41,806 nt of DNA from a virus (taxonomy: Duplodnaviria; Heunggongvirae; Uroviricota; Caudoviricetes). Every line of letters starts with the position of its first letter. The first letter of the stretch is position 1. The position numbers and the translations under genes were made by a program. The stretch spans positions 1-41,806 of the IMG/VR virus record IMGVR_UViG_2851955134_000003. One strand, written 5' to 3'. Shown piece after piece: positions 27,257 through 35,937 of the stretch. A model generated the notes under the pieces. That model saw only the letters and a program-made list of their open reading frames with translations. It did not search any database and had not been told where the DNA came from.

Positions 27257-28730
27257 ATGCAAAAGGATCATAGTCTGTGATGGCTTTGCCTTGCTGGTTC
27301 TGCTGCCCAGGAATTCGCAGACGCTTCGACACAGGGAAAGCAAACGTCAGCAGTAGCGCATCGCCTTTACCCGGCGAACGCCCAAGCCGCTCCTTGATAT
27401 CTTCCTTCGGTTCGATAACGATTTTACCGTCCACACGAACTTTGTACTCTGCTGCCGACAGGTCGTCCGCTGTTTCCTGGTCATCCAGCATGCCGCCGAG
27501 CCTCAGCCATGTCTTGCATGAGTTGAACATCTCCCCACGCTTGTTGAGCATCTGCGGGTCAGTAGACGCGCCACCGAACGGAACAAGTTGCCATGTACGA
27601 CCCCAGCCGTCACCGATTGACTTCAGACCAGTTCCGTAACCGAAGTCGATGAACACTGCGTCAGCCTGGTACTGGTCTTCAAAGTCAGCGATACGCTTCG
27701 CCATAATCAGATCGTCAGTGGTCTTGTTGCCAGTCCACAGCACCTTACTGTGCAGCCCCTGCCGCAGGTATATCACAGCGTCATCAACGCCTGAGTATGC
27801 CGGGTCAACGCCGATTATCACCGGAGCATGTGCAACCTGCGCAGCGGTTACCACCCGTTTCATTGCCTCGTCAGTAAGACCGGTAGGGATAAACTGCAAT
27901 TCAGATGCATCAGGGAATATGCCGCGCACACGGATTTTAACGAAGTCGCTATCTTCCCCGTAGTCATCAACCCATTTCTGCAACTGCTGTTTGTTAGTGC
28001 CTTCCACCGTCCGGCTGTCAATCTGCGCAGTTTTCCAGCGGTGTTTATATTTGCGGAAACATTCGCGGAAACGCCCGGTGTTACGTGTAGGGTTTCCGAA
28101 CGCTACCCAGATAATCTCAGTGTCTTCGTCCGTAAGCGCACCCTCAGCAACTTCCCACACCAGATCCGCAATGTTCGACGCTTCATCGAATACCACGATG
28201 ATGCGTTTGCGCTCGTTGTGTAGTCCGGCGAACGCCTCAGTGTTGTGCTCAGACCAGGGGATTGCGTCAGCTCGCCACCGCTTGTCGTGCCCAGGGTCAT
28301 TGCTGTACATCGCGGTAGCGGTACAGGTAAACCAGTCTTTCGTGATAGCAAGGTTCGACCACTTGATAATTTCCGGCCAGGTCTTCGTTCGTAGCTGGTT
28401 GTCGGTGTTGGCGGTCACCACAACCTTACAATCCTCGCAAGTGGACATGCCCCAGTTGATCAGCATTGAGATGAATGCGGATTTACCAATACCGTGACCC
28501 GAAGCGCGTGCCAGCATAAGCGGCTGATAGCGCGTCTCTGGATTCTGCAGGTGATCACGTATCTCTCGGAACGCATCAGCCTGCCACTGACGTGGACCGG
28601 TGGCATGTGCCAGTTCAGTCCCATCTTCCCCCCACGGGAACGCATAGAGGGCATAGCCAAGCGGATCGTGAGTGAACCCTGCAATATCCTCGATTAACTG
28701 CTCTTCAGGAGATAACGCTGTATCTGTCAC
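27255..28730 (-). CDS. Terminase large subunit
   Basis: 491 aa with Walker A-like ASGHGIGKS, ATPase and nuclease-type acidic motifs; overlaps the small-subunit gene. Confidence 0.85.
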   Translation of the reverse strand: MTDTALSPEEQLIEDIAGFTHDPLGYALYAFPWGEDGTELAHATGPRQWQADAFREIRDHLQNPETRYQPLMLARASGHGIGKSAFISMLINWGMSTCEDCKVVVTANTDNQLRTKTWPEIIKWSNLAITKDWFTCTATAMYSNDPGHDKRWRADAIPWSEHNTEAFAGLHNERKRIIVVFDEASNIADLVWEVAEGALTDEDTEIIWVAFGNPTRNTGRFRECFRKYKHRWKTAQIDSRTVEGTNKQQLQKWVDDYGEDSDFVKIRVRGIFPDASELQFIPTGLTDEAMKRVVTAAQVAHAPVIIGVDPAYSGVDDAVIYLRQGLHSKVLWTGNKTTDDLIMAKRIADFEDQYQADAVFIDFGYGTGLKSIGDGWGRTWQLVPFGGASTDPQMLNKRGEMFNSCKTWLRLGGMLDDQETADDLSAAEYKVRVDGKIVIEPKEDIKERLGRSPGKGDALLLTFAFPVSKRLRIPGQQNQQGKAITDYDPFA

Positions 28731-29323
28731 TGATTACCATCCTGACGTTCTTTGAGTCGCTTCCTGGCTGCTGCTATGCGATCAGCAATTGTCACATTCA
28801 CATTAACATCCAGACGTTCTTTGAATGCGTTGACATCAACATGCTTACCAATCAGCTCAAGGTTCTTCACCTTGTCAGGCCATTTAATTTTTTTGAGGAT
28901 TGTCTCTATTGAATCCTCGTTCATGTTCATGATGGTCGATGACAGATCAAAGCCACTAAGCGTAGTGCGCCAGATTTTCGGCCACTCACGGATTGGTTTA
29001 AGGCTCCCATCGTCGTTGAGGATGTCGATCACGTCCATCTGGTCGATCTCCACCAGGCGCATGAGAACGTAATCAGCACTGACACGCATTCGTTTGTTGC
29101 GCTCCTCCATCAACTCGGCAATCCGTTTCTGAATGCGTTCATCGCGCATCATGACACTGGCTTTAACTGCCGCTGTATTTGGGGAGAATCCTGCGTTAAT
29201 CGCAGCCTGAGTCTGGTTTTCAGGCGTTTTGATGTATGACTGGCAATAAGCCTCCTGCATTGCTGTGAGCGGCTTAAATTGCGTTGATTTGCGTTTATAG
29301 GTTTTAGGTTCAGCAGGCATCAT
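28727..29323 (-). CDS. Terminase small subunit
   Basis: Directly upstream of the large subunit; helix-turn-helix-like N-terminal region; probable start at the tandem ATGs 29323/29320 (the ORF-track start at 29401 is TTG). Confidence 0.65.
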   Translation of the reverse strand: MMPAEPKTYKRKSTQFKPLTAMQEAYCQSYIKTPENQTQAAINAGFSPNTAAVKASVMMRDERIQKRIAELMEERNKRMRVSADYVLMRLVEIDQMDVIDILNDDGSLKPIREWPKIWRTTLSGFDLSSTIMNMNEDSIETILKKIKWPDKVKNLELIGKHVDVNAFKERLDVNVNVTIADRIAAARKRLKERQDGNQ

Positions 29324-29433
29324 AACCACCGTGGTAATTGTTACCGTTGTGGTAATAATACCATGCAAAATAAAGCCGCCATAGTTGGCGGCAGTATTCA
29401 AAATCCATCAAATTCATCATGCATAATCTACTC

Positions 29434-29445
29434 GTGACATGTCAC
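29434..29445. repeat. Palindrome GTGACATGTCAC, copy 3 of 3
   Basis: Overlaps the stop codon of the Cys-rich ORF just upstream of the terminase genes. Confidence 0.6.
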
Positions 29446-29783
29446 ACTATTAATTTCGTTTCATGCCAGCCTTTAGTCACCCAGCATTGTGAGTCACCAT
29501 TACACGGGCATGAATTAACTGGAACTCTCTCGCCGCACTTACCGCAACGTTTTCTGCTGATCGATTTTATACGCCCGCGCACACGTGCATCATCCTGGCG
29601 GATCAGCAGCGCGATGTACTCGGCCATTTCATAGGGATCGCGACCAGGGCGCCGGGCGGCGCAGTTCCGCGCCAGCATTTCAATTTCCTGAGCATCAAGC
29701 ACAATCTCCAGCTTACGCACACCAGATGCAGCTTGTCTGGCTCTCTGAGCGGCTTTGCGCTCTGCTGCTGATTTAGCCATCAA
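29442..29783 (-). CDS. Hypothetical protein with C-terminal Cys-rich (zinc-ribbon-like) motif
   Basis: 113 aa; CGKCGERVPVNSCPCNGDSQC; last gene before the terminase. Confidence 0.45.
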   Translation of the reverse strand: MMAKSAAERKAAQRARQAASGVRKLEIVLDAQEIEMLARNCAARRPGRDPYEMAEYIALLIRQDDARVRGRIKSISRKRCGKCGERVPVNSCPCNGDSQCWVTKGWHETKLIV

Positions 29784-30075
29784 TATTTACCTTTATCGCG
29801 TATACCTTTACCGGTTTATCGCCGAAGTGGGGATGTGTGATTGTCTTGATTTCATATCCGTCATACGGGACGTCAATTCTACGACTGGAGTCGTCGCGCT
29901 TCGGATATCCCTTTGTGATAATCAGTCGGTCATAATCCCTGAACATAATTCGCTTATTCCAGTAGTCATTACACAGGCGATACTCTTCCGTTTTCTCTCC
30001 GCGAATGATGGCATCGAAGTATTCACCTTTAACGGCAAGTTGCAGGTTAGCCATTACCGCACCTCCAGTCTCCAT
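29773..30075 (-). CDS. ASCH-like (PUA-fold) domain protein
   Basis: 100 aa with GEKTEEYR resembling the ASCH GxKxxExR signature. Confidence 0.45.
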   Translation of the reverse strand: METGGAVMANLQLAVKGEYFDAIIRGEKTEEYRLCNDYWNKRIMFRDYDRLIITKGYPKRDDSSRRIDVPYDGYEIKTITHPHFGDKPVKVYAIKVNIDG

Positions 30076-30314
30076 ACCGCCTGACCAATCCGGCTGGCAT
30101 GGGTATCTTTGGATACTGTTCCGTCTTTAGCCAGCTCCATAAGAATTTTGCGCAAATCTGCCGAACGCCATTCTTCATCATGAAATTCCTTCTCCATTGC
30201 CAACCGCAAATTCCAGGTTGCCATCCTGAATGGATATTCCCCGCCGAGAGCTTTATCTTGCAGGGCAGCCCGGGAACGCATCACCTGCAAAACCTTCTCT
30301 TTTACATCCATCAT
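30054..30314 (-). CDS. Hypothetical protein (86 aa)
   Basis: Start ATG 30314 overlaps the stop of the upstream gene (ATGA); the longer ORF-track version overlaps its neighbour and is unlikely. Confidence 0.4.
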   Translation of the reverse strand: MMDVKEKVLQVMRSRAALQDKALGGEYPFRMATWNLRLAMEKEFHDEEWRSADLRKILMELAKDGTVSKDTHASRIGQAVWRLEVR

Positions 30315-31000
30315 TTCGCCTCCTGCGGCGGTTCTGGCAGCGGCATCCAGTACAAGGCGTTCCCTAACCACGATAAAGTGCCGTCGCTCAACTCCACGTA
30401 TTCCCCTTGTACCTGTCCTGCCATATACTCGCCGTGCTTTGAATAAATTAAAATCCAATCATCTTGAGCGGGCATTCGCTCACTACAGCTTATCCAACCA
30501 TCCGGAGTTACCGGAGAGTTGCCATTCACAAGGTCAGCTCGAACATATAGTGTGTCATCATGGTGCTGATTGTGGCTGCACCACGTTAATTCGCTTAACT
30601 CGCCATCTTCTGGCCATACTCCAGCTGTTTGCAGCCAGATATGGGCTGGCGCATCTTTGCAAGGTGTATTAACTGGCAACTTGTAAGTTTGGCTTACAGG
30701 TTGGCTACCCTGAGGCATGGCGGCGCGGTGACACCAGATAATCCAGCCAAGCGCCATATCCCATGCCATGTATTCGCTATCGCCATTTTTTGCCCTGCGA
30801 CGATCTACAGATTCCCCGAAACGCTTCTCCATAAATAATTCATAGGCTGCCCGTTCATCCGATACTGCTTCCAGCGATGCCAGCGCAATCCGTGCCAGCT
30901 CTTCCGCTTCTTCTGCTGGCAGTACAACGTTGCTACCAGGTCCGTATGTTTCGCGCCACTCCTTGATTGTCAGCAGTCGCTCTTTGGTAATAGTGGTCAT
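30311..31000 (-). CDS. Hypothetical phage protein with DUF551-like C-terminal domain
   Basis: 229 aa; C-terminal segment (WISCSERMP ... WMPLPEPP) resembles the DUF551 family common in enterobacterial prophage early regions. Confidence 0.5.
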   Translation of the reverse strand: MTTITKERLLTIKEWRETYGPGSNVVLPAEEAEELARIALASLEAVSDERAAYELFMEKRFGESVDRRRAKNGDSEYMAWDMALGWIIWCHRAAMPQGSQPVSQTYKLPVNTPCKDAPAHIWLQTAGVWPEDGELSELTWCSHNQHHDDTLYVRADLVNGNSPVTPDGWISCSERMPAQDDWILIYSKHGEYMAGQVQGEYVELSDGTLSWLGNALYWMPLPEPPQEAK

Positions 31001-31003
31001 GTG

Positions 31004-31153
31004 TTAGTCCTCTGTAGCAGGTGATACGCCGTAGTTGCATTCTTCATAGAATATGTCTCTGCCTATTTCTTCGGCATCCTCTGGCGTGTCTGCTTCAAAC
31101 TCAACAACCTTGCAATCATTAAATCCTTCGATAGTCACGATGTACTTAGCCAT
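31004..31153 (-). CDS. Small acidic hypothetical protein (49 aa)
   Basis: ATG 31153 with RBS GGAG; the longer ORF-track version overlaps the upstream gene. Confidence 0.35.
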   Translation of the reverse strand: MAKYIVTIEGFNDCKVVEFEADTPEDAEEIGRDIFYEECNYGVSPATED

Positions 31154-31154
31154 A

Positions 31155-31664
31155 TCACTCTCCTTTGATGCGAATGCCTGCGGCGCGTGGCACATTAACT
31201 TCCACGATGCGCACAGTTGGTTTGTACATCTCAATCGCTGTCAGCCAGTCAGCGCCGGTCATATGCTTTTCTGCATCGCCATTAGTCCATTGAACCGGTA
31301 CACCAATAGCCTTCATCGCGATTTCTATTTCCCCGGCAATGGCGCTTTTCCCGCAACCAGTAAAACCAGATACAACGACAAGAACTTCGCCTTTGGCTGG
31401 TTTTATTTCCCGCGCTTCCAGTTCTGCTATGCGCTTCTCTGCGGCTTCCAGCTCAACACGCAGCTTCCCTACCGTTAGCGCAATATCCTCGTTCTCCTGG
31501 TCGCGTGATTTGATGTATTGCTGGTTTCTTTCCCGTTCATCCAGCAGTGCCAGCACAACCTGAGGTGTGACCTTCATACGAAATGCCAGCAATTTTTGTG
31601 GTGTGGCTGCTATTTTTATTGCTTCTGCCGCCTCACGCAGAGCCTGATAGTTAATCTCGCTCAC
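31155..31664 (-). CDS. Ead/Ea22-like protein
   Basis: 169 aa; N-terminal MSEINYQALREAAE resembles my recollection of the Ead/Ea22-like family in lambdoid early regions. Confidence 0.45.
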   Translation of the reverse strand: MSEINYQALREAAEAIKIAATPQKLLAFRMKVTPQVVLALLDERERNQQYIKSRDQENEDIALTVGKLRVELEAAEKRIAELEAREIKPAKGEVLVVVSGFTGCGKSAIAGEIEIAMKAIGVPVQWTNGDAEKHMTGADWLTAIEMYKPTVRIVEVNVPRAAGIRIKGE

Positions 31665-32194
31665 TGGTTGCCTCCTTTACGAAGCTGGGCGGCGAACTCG
31701 TTAAGTGATATGTAGCAATCTCCAAATGTTAACGAACCGCTCGACTGCATATGCTCCATAGCCATCTCCACGCCCTGCGCCCGTACTTCAGCCAGGAAAG
31801 CATCGGTGGCTGGCATATTTCCTGTTGCCTTCATGGCCTCCAAAATAACAAGAACGCCATCTCGCCCAACCACCTCAGCGATAACCTCGGTGTTGTCGCC
31901 AACAACATCGCAGAATGCCTGAACTGCCTTACGAGCCAGCTCATTCTCCGCCGCAAGCGCCGAAAACTTCTCGTGTGCCAACTTAACAGCCGAATCAGCC
32001 TGCTTAATTGACTCAATCGCTTTCTGTTGGTCTTCGGCCAGCGCATTAGCACGCACCAGTTGCACTTCCAGTTGCGTTGCCAAATCGCTGATCAGCTTTG
32101 CCACACTGCGCATATCAACGGCACCACATTCTGCTTTCAGTTCCGAAGCCATCTCATGCCCGGCGGCAACTAACCCTTTGATATTACTTTCCAT
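31661..32194 (-). CDS. Hypothetical early protein (177 aa)
   Basis: Coupled ORF (ATGA overlap) in the early operon. Confidence 0.4.
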   Translation of the reverse strand: MESNIKGLVAAGHEMASELKAECGAVDMRSVAKLISDLATQLEVQLVRANALAEDQQKAIESIKQADSAVKLAHEKFSALAAENELARKAVQAFCDVVGDNTEVIAEVVGRDGVLVILEAMKATGNMPATDAFLAEVRAQGVEMAMEHMQSSGSLTFGDCYISLNEFAAQLRKGGNQ

Positions 32195-32255
32195 CTTTAC
32201 CCTCGCTTATCCACATAACTTATTGATTACACTGATAACTAAAAAGATCGTCGAT

Positions 32256-32600
32256 TCAGAACTCTTCGATTTTCCAGCCACCACCTGCTTTCTTTGGCTT
32301 AACAGTTACCCCGATGATTCGGAACGGATATTGATCTGCGGCGACTTTGGTTTTCACCCTGGCGTCGTCGGTCCAGAAACCTTTCACTTCGTGCAGTTCC
32401 ATCTCGCCGGTGGCGAGCATCACAGCGAAATCGGGCGTATAGAACGTGTTGTCAGCTAACCGCAGCTTGATACCCTCGAATCGATACCAGGCGATTTCCC
32501 CTGCACGTTTACGCAGCTCAAGGTGCTGGCAATACGCAGATTCTGTTTTGTTCATCTGGCCTGTTTTGAGTCGACCAAGAGCCTGTATCTGTTTTCTCAT
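32256..32600 (-). CDS. Small PD-(D/E)xK-type nuclease-like protein (possible resolvase/recombination nuclease)
   Basis: 114 aa; segment YTPDFAV ... ELHEVKG fits the D ... E-x-K catalytic pattern. Confidence 0.4.
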   Translation of the reverse strand: MRKQIQALGRLKTGQMNKTESAYCQHLELRKRAGEIAWYRFEGIKLRLADNTFYTPDFAVMLATGEMELHEVKGFWTDDARVKTKVAADQYPFRIIGVTVKPKKAGGGWKIEEF

Positions 32601-32603
32601 GAT

Positions 32604-32680
32604 TTACCTCTGAGGTAATTAAAAACCACATAAGACACGAAATCAATAGATGTTAGAACATTTTATTACCTAACAGGTAA
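32604..32680. promoter_or_regulatory. Promoter/operator module C: TTACCTCTGAGGTAA (32604-32618), AACCACATAA, TTACCTAACAGGTAA (32666-32680)
   Basis: Two perfect-arm 15-bp sites 62 bp apart centre to centre, directly upstream of the nuclease-like gene start. Confidence 0.55.
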
Positions 32681-32717
32681 TTATCGAGACATAAAAAAAT
32701 GCGCTATCGCGCTGGTA

Positions 32718-33518
32718 TTACTTGATAAATCCTGACGCCTTTCCCCGCCTGTATTCCTCCATCAGCCACTGCGCCGGTGTTATTCCCCCCAGGGTGGCGG
32801 CGTTAGGCATGCACCCGAAACTTCGCCCTGGTGGATGGTAAACGTCTCTCCCTGTGTCCGGAGGTGTACTCATGGGCTCTGGCTTTGCCTGTATGCTGAT
32901 CACCGGATCGGGTATCTGCTGTCCGGAAGCCACCTTTTTCGCCCAATCATCGAGCAGCCTGCGCGCGTGTTTCTCAACCTCAATCTCGCTAAGCTGGCGC
33001 TGATACATTGCACGGCGTGTATCACATACGACCCAGTACATAACCGGATGCCGCCACGGGAATCTTTCGGGACCACCAGGATATAAACTTTTTTCCTTGC
33101 TGTACCGGTGAAACTCCGCCATCACATCGTCAATGGTGACGCCAAGAACCATCTTGCTGTCTTTACACCACTTGATGAATTGCCCTGGCGACGGCCAGAA
33201 CGGAGATTCACTGGCGCGGGCGTGGCGCATACCAGCAGAAACCTGTTCACGGGTACGTATTCCCCCTTCGGCAAACGCAGCAATCCACTGCTGTTTTGCA
33301 GCAACTTCCTGCTCTGGCGTCTTCAGGTTGGTTACCACTGCCGCCGGAAACAGTTGTTTCAGCTGTTTGAAAAGGGCATCAACAAGCCTCTCTGCTGACA
33401 TGTTCACCACATTGTCATTGTTGACGTACTGATGCTCATAACCTGACATGCGAGAAAGGGCTTCTCCGTCACGGTTTTGTATCGCGGTAAAAACGTTGTT
33501 CACAAGAAATCCTCCCAC
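32718..33518 (-). CDS. Replication protein P-like helicase loader
   Basis: AAKQQWIAAFAEGGIRTREQVSAGMRHARASESPFWPSPGQFIKWCKD aligns with lambda P (RRQWVLAFRENGITTMEQVNAGMRVARRQNRPFLPSPGQFVAWCRE, from memory); follows the O-like gene; true start may be an internal ATG. Confidence 0.75.
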   Translation of the reverse strand: MGGFLVNNVFTAIQNRDGEALSRMSGYEHQYVNNDNVVNMSAERLVDALFKQLKQLFPAAVVTNLKTPEQEVAAKQQWIAAFAEGGIRTREQVSAGMRHARASESPFWPSPGQFIKWCKDSKMVLGVTIDDVMAEFHRYSKEKSLYPGGPERFPWRHPVMYWVVCDTRRAMYQRQLSEIEVEKHARRLLDDWAKKVASGQQIPDPVISIQAKPEPMSTPPDTGRDVYHPPGRSFGCMPNAATLGGITPAQWLMEEYRRGKASGFIK

Positions 33519-34291
33519 GCTTCAGGGCTGTTCCAGTGCGGAACGTTGTTATCAGGTAATGTTGATTGCTTCTGTCTGCTAATCTGCAGCCGCCTTGCCA
33601 GCTTCTGCTCCCACTGTGCCTGATGGTATGCCTTACCCTCAGCCATCCAGTAAATTCTGAACTCTGCAAGTTCCTGTGCCGTTGGCAGACTGTCCAGGTA
33701 GATCCCCTGCAAGGAGCTTTTCCGAAGAAAGTCATCTGATGGCTGCCATTGTTCATGCATGACAAATTTGCCTAATTGCCCTGGCCCACCAGGAGGAACA
33801 AAGTTATTCATCACGGCGTTGTTTGCGCCGGGGTCATGAGGCACAGAATCCCCGCTTTTTGTCCTGCTCTCCCTCTCTTGGTTAAATGACTGGTTATATG
33901 ACTGGTTCTGGATCCCGTTTTTGGGATCATTCAACATCCCGTTTTTGGGTATATTCCCGTTTTCGGTAACATTACCGTTTTCGGGTTCATTGCCCCCTTC
34001 CCGGTTGCCTTTAATGTTCCCGTTTTTGGTTATATTAAGAGAGAAAACCCGCACTCTTTTCGTCGCTCCCTTTCTCTCTCCGGTATCTGAAATAAGCCCC
34101 ATTTTCATGAGAGATATAAGCCCGGCCTGTACGGTTTTTTTATTCAGGCAGGTGTCTTTAACGAGGCGTTCTATGCTGGGGTAGCAGAGGTTATATTCAT
34201 CGGCTCTGTCAGCCATCGAGAGCAGTATGAGCTTTAATGACGAGCTACCTGGATCTGTCTCCCAGGCCCAATCTGTTGCATGTCTGCTCAT
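33500..34291 (-). CDS. Replication initiator O-like protein containing the origin iterons
   Basis: 263 aa; N-terminal HTH-like domain; central Asn/Gly repeat peptide (NGNIKGN ... ENGNVTENGNIPKNG) encoded by the iteron DNA; C-terminal helical domain. Confidence 0.65.
   Translation of the reverse strand: MSRHATDWAWETDPGSSSLKLILLSMADRADEYNLCYPSIERLVKDTCLNKKTVQAGLISLMKMGLISDTGERKGATKRVRVFSLNITKNGNIKGNREGGNEPENGNVTENGNIPKNGMLNDPKNGIQNQSYNQSFNQERESRTKSGDSVPHDPGANNAVMNNFVPPGGPGQLGKFVMHEQWQPSDDFLRKSSLQGIYLDSLPTAQELAEFRIYWMAEGKAYHQAQWEQKLARRLQISRQKQSTLPDNNVPHWNSPEAWEDFL
33911..34033. repeat. Origin of replication iterons (five copies of ATCCCGTTTTTGGGAT-like 16-18-bp repeats)
   Basis: Direct repeats at about 33911, 33935, 33953, 33971 and 34016, followed by an AT-rich stretch, inside the O-like gene as in lambda ori. 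Confidence 0.7.
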
Positions 34292-34306
34292 GATTAATCT
34301 CCGCTA

Positions 34307-34507
34307 TCAGCTTGAATGTTGTGGGGAGGAATTAATCATGATCTGCTTAATCTCTGCCCTGATGCGACGGTTTGATTCCATGGTGCACTCAACACAGTGT
34401 CCGTTGTAAACCCAGCGTTCACTGTCATGTCCGTGCTTACATGGTTTTCCGGTGTAGTAGCGTTTAAGTCCGCGCTTTGCGGCATCAATACGTGTAATGA
34501 TTTCCAT
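34307..34507 (-). CDS. Small Cys-rich (zinc-finger-like) protein in the cII position
   Basis: 66 aa from ATG 34507; CKHGH ... CVEC motif; between cro-like and O-like genes. Confidence 0.4.
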   Translation of the reverse strand: MEIITRIDAAKRGLKRYYTGKPCKHGHDSERWVYNGHCVECTMESNRRIRAEIKQIMINSSPQHSS

Positions 34508-34657
34508 GGTAAGCCCTGTTATTAGTATTGGGATTACGGTTATTTTGTGCTGACACAAAAAAAAGATCAACCAGATTTGGTTTTTTATTACCTTTGAGGT
34601 GCGAATAGATATGAAAAGACCGCCGGATGGCGGTCTACAGAGGGTTGTGGCTGGATA

Positions 34658-34888
34658 TCATGAGTAGAAGAAGTATGCCAGTTCTGCTTTTGAGCGCAAC
34701 CATTGTCTTGATTTACAGGCTTTAAAAAGCCCATTCATCAATACTTTACCTGGCATTTTGCGCTTACCTGTTAAGTGAGTCTGGATATAGTGACTCGTCG
34801 TTCCGGCTTCCTGTGCGAAGGCTTCACGCTCATCCGGAGTAAGTGCAAGCCAGTGCTTTTTGAAATCGAAATGTCCGTTATCGCTCAT
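34658..34888 (-). CDS. Cro-like helix-turn-helix regulator
   Basis: 76 aa, HTH-like FAQEAGTTSHYIQTHLTG; transcribed divergently from the cI-like gene toward the replication genes. Confidence 0.5.
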   Translation of the reverse strand: MSDNGHFDFKKHWLALTPDEREAFAQEAGTTSHYIQTHLTGKRKMPGKVLMNGLFKACKSRQWLRSKAELAYFFYS

Positions 34889-34933
34889 AGCTATTGCCTG
34901 ATATTTATTTCAGATAATAAATATTCACCCATA

Positions 34934-34987
34934 AGGTAACAAAAATCAAGGATAGTTACCTATGGGGTGCATTTACCTGTTGGGTAA
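34934..34987. promoter_or_regulatory. Immunity-region operators between cro-like and cI-like genes
   Basis: Divergent half-sites AGGTAAC (34934-34940) and GTTACCT (34955-34961) plus 15-mer TTACCTGTTGGGTAA (34973-34987). Confidence 0.5.
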
Positions 34988-35042
34988 TATTGCTTTAAAT
35001 TGAATCATCTACTGATTCATATATGAGGCGATTTTCCAGAAA

Positions 35043-35627
35043 ATGAAAAGTATCCAGGACGTCCGCAGGCAAAATCTCAACGACTTGATCGACCGTGAAT
35101 TCAATGGTGTTCAGACGCGGATGGCAGAAAAACTTGGAACTCAGGCAAATCTGGTAAACCGCTGGGCTCTTGGCAAGAAGGTTATCGGCGACCAGGTTGC
35201 GCGAAAAATTGAAGCTGCCGCCAATAAACCACGTAACTGGCTTGATATCGATCGCTCGCTTTCTCAGGAAGGTTTTCAGCCTGTCGGCCCAAGCGACATT
35301 GGTCAGCTGGCGGCTCACAACCTGGAACGCTGGATGAGCGAAAGCCGCGACCTTTCAACGCAGGGAAAACTACACCGCGCATCCGGCGTCGCCCAGGTGA
35401 CAATCAGCCGCCTGTTAAACAATGAGGTCAGCGTTTCCATTTCCACCCTGGAGAATGTTGCATCCGCATTCGGGCGTCACGGCTATGAATTACTGATTCA
35501 CCCGCACGACCCTGCGACCATCAACTATGATCGCTCGCGCTACGCATTGTTACCCGAAACCGAGAAAGCAAAGATCGAAAGTTACATTGAATTTGTCATC
35601 AACCAGAACGAAAAAAACAAACAATAA
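35043..35627 (+). CDS. CI-like prophage repressor with two HTH regions and no S24 peptidase domain
   Basis: 194 aa; N-terminal HTH (RMAEKLGTQANLVNRWALG) and second HTH-like segment (ASGVAQVTISRLLNNE); no Ser-Lys autocleavage domain; divergent from cro-like gene. Confidence 0.7.
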   Translation: MKSIQDVRRQNLNDLIDREFNGVQTRMAEKLGTQANLVNRWALGKKVIGDQVARKIEAAANKPRNWLDIDRSLSQEGFQPVGPSDIGQLAAHNLERWMSESRDLSTQGKLHRASGVAQVTISRLLNNEVSVSISTLENVASAFGRHGYELLIHPHDPATINYDRSRYALLPETEKAKIESYIEFVINQNEKNKQ

Positions 35628-35648
35628 AACCATATTTTCAGTAAGTAA

Positions 35649-35672
35649 GCCGCCTTATGGCGGCTTTTTTAT
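35649..35672 (+). terminator. Rho-independent terminator of the cI-like gene
   Basis: GCCGCC-ttat-GGCGGC followed by TTTTTT. Confidence 0.75.
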
Positions 35673-35683
35673 TGCCTATTCGA

Positions 35684-35760
35684 TTACCTAACGGGTAATT
35701 TTTTTAACTCATACCTATTGACATCAAACCATATACGCATAATTATTACCTCAACGGTAA
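35684..35760 (+). promoter_or_regulatory. Early-left promoter/operator module D: TTACCTAACGGGTAA, -35 TTGACA, AACCATATAC, TTACCTCAACGGTAA
   Basis: Two operator-like sites 62 bp apart flanking a TTGACA -35 hexamer (35718-35723); drives the plus-strand recombination operon. Confidence 0.55.
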
Positions 35761-35779
35761 CAGACCGAGGTAACAAGTT

Positions 35780-35929
35780 ATGCAGTGGAAAATCATCAAC
35801 GGTTGGTACTGCGTTACTGCATGCGGATTCATGAGCTGGAAGTTCCGCACCTTACAGGAAGGCATTAAGTGGGCTTTCGTCAGCAAAGAAGCTCGCGATG
35901 TGGCCAACGATAACGAGATATGGGAGTAG
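35780..35929 (+). CDS. Small hypothetical protein (49 aa), first ORF of the early-left operon (absent from the 60-aa ORF track)
   Basis: ATG 35780 with RBS GAGGT; translated by hand: MQWKIINGWYCVTACGFMSWKFRTLQEGIKWAFVSKEARDVANDNEIWE. Confidence 0.35.
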   Translation: MQWKIINGWYCVTACGFMSWKFRTLQEGIKWAFVSKEARDVANDNEIWE

Positions 35930-35937
35930 GTTAGCAA

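Noticed and set aside
33911-34033. Possible CRISPR array suggested by short direct repeats
   Set aside because: Repeats are 16-18 bp, directly abutting, inside a coding gene, with no cas genes; they are replication-origin iterons.
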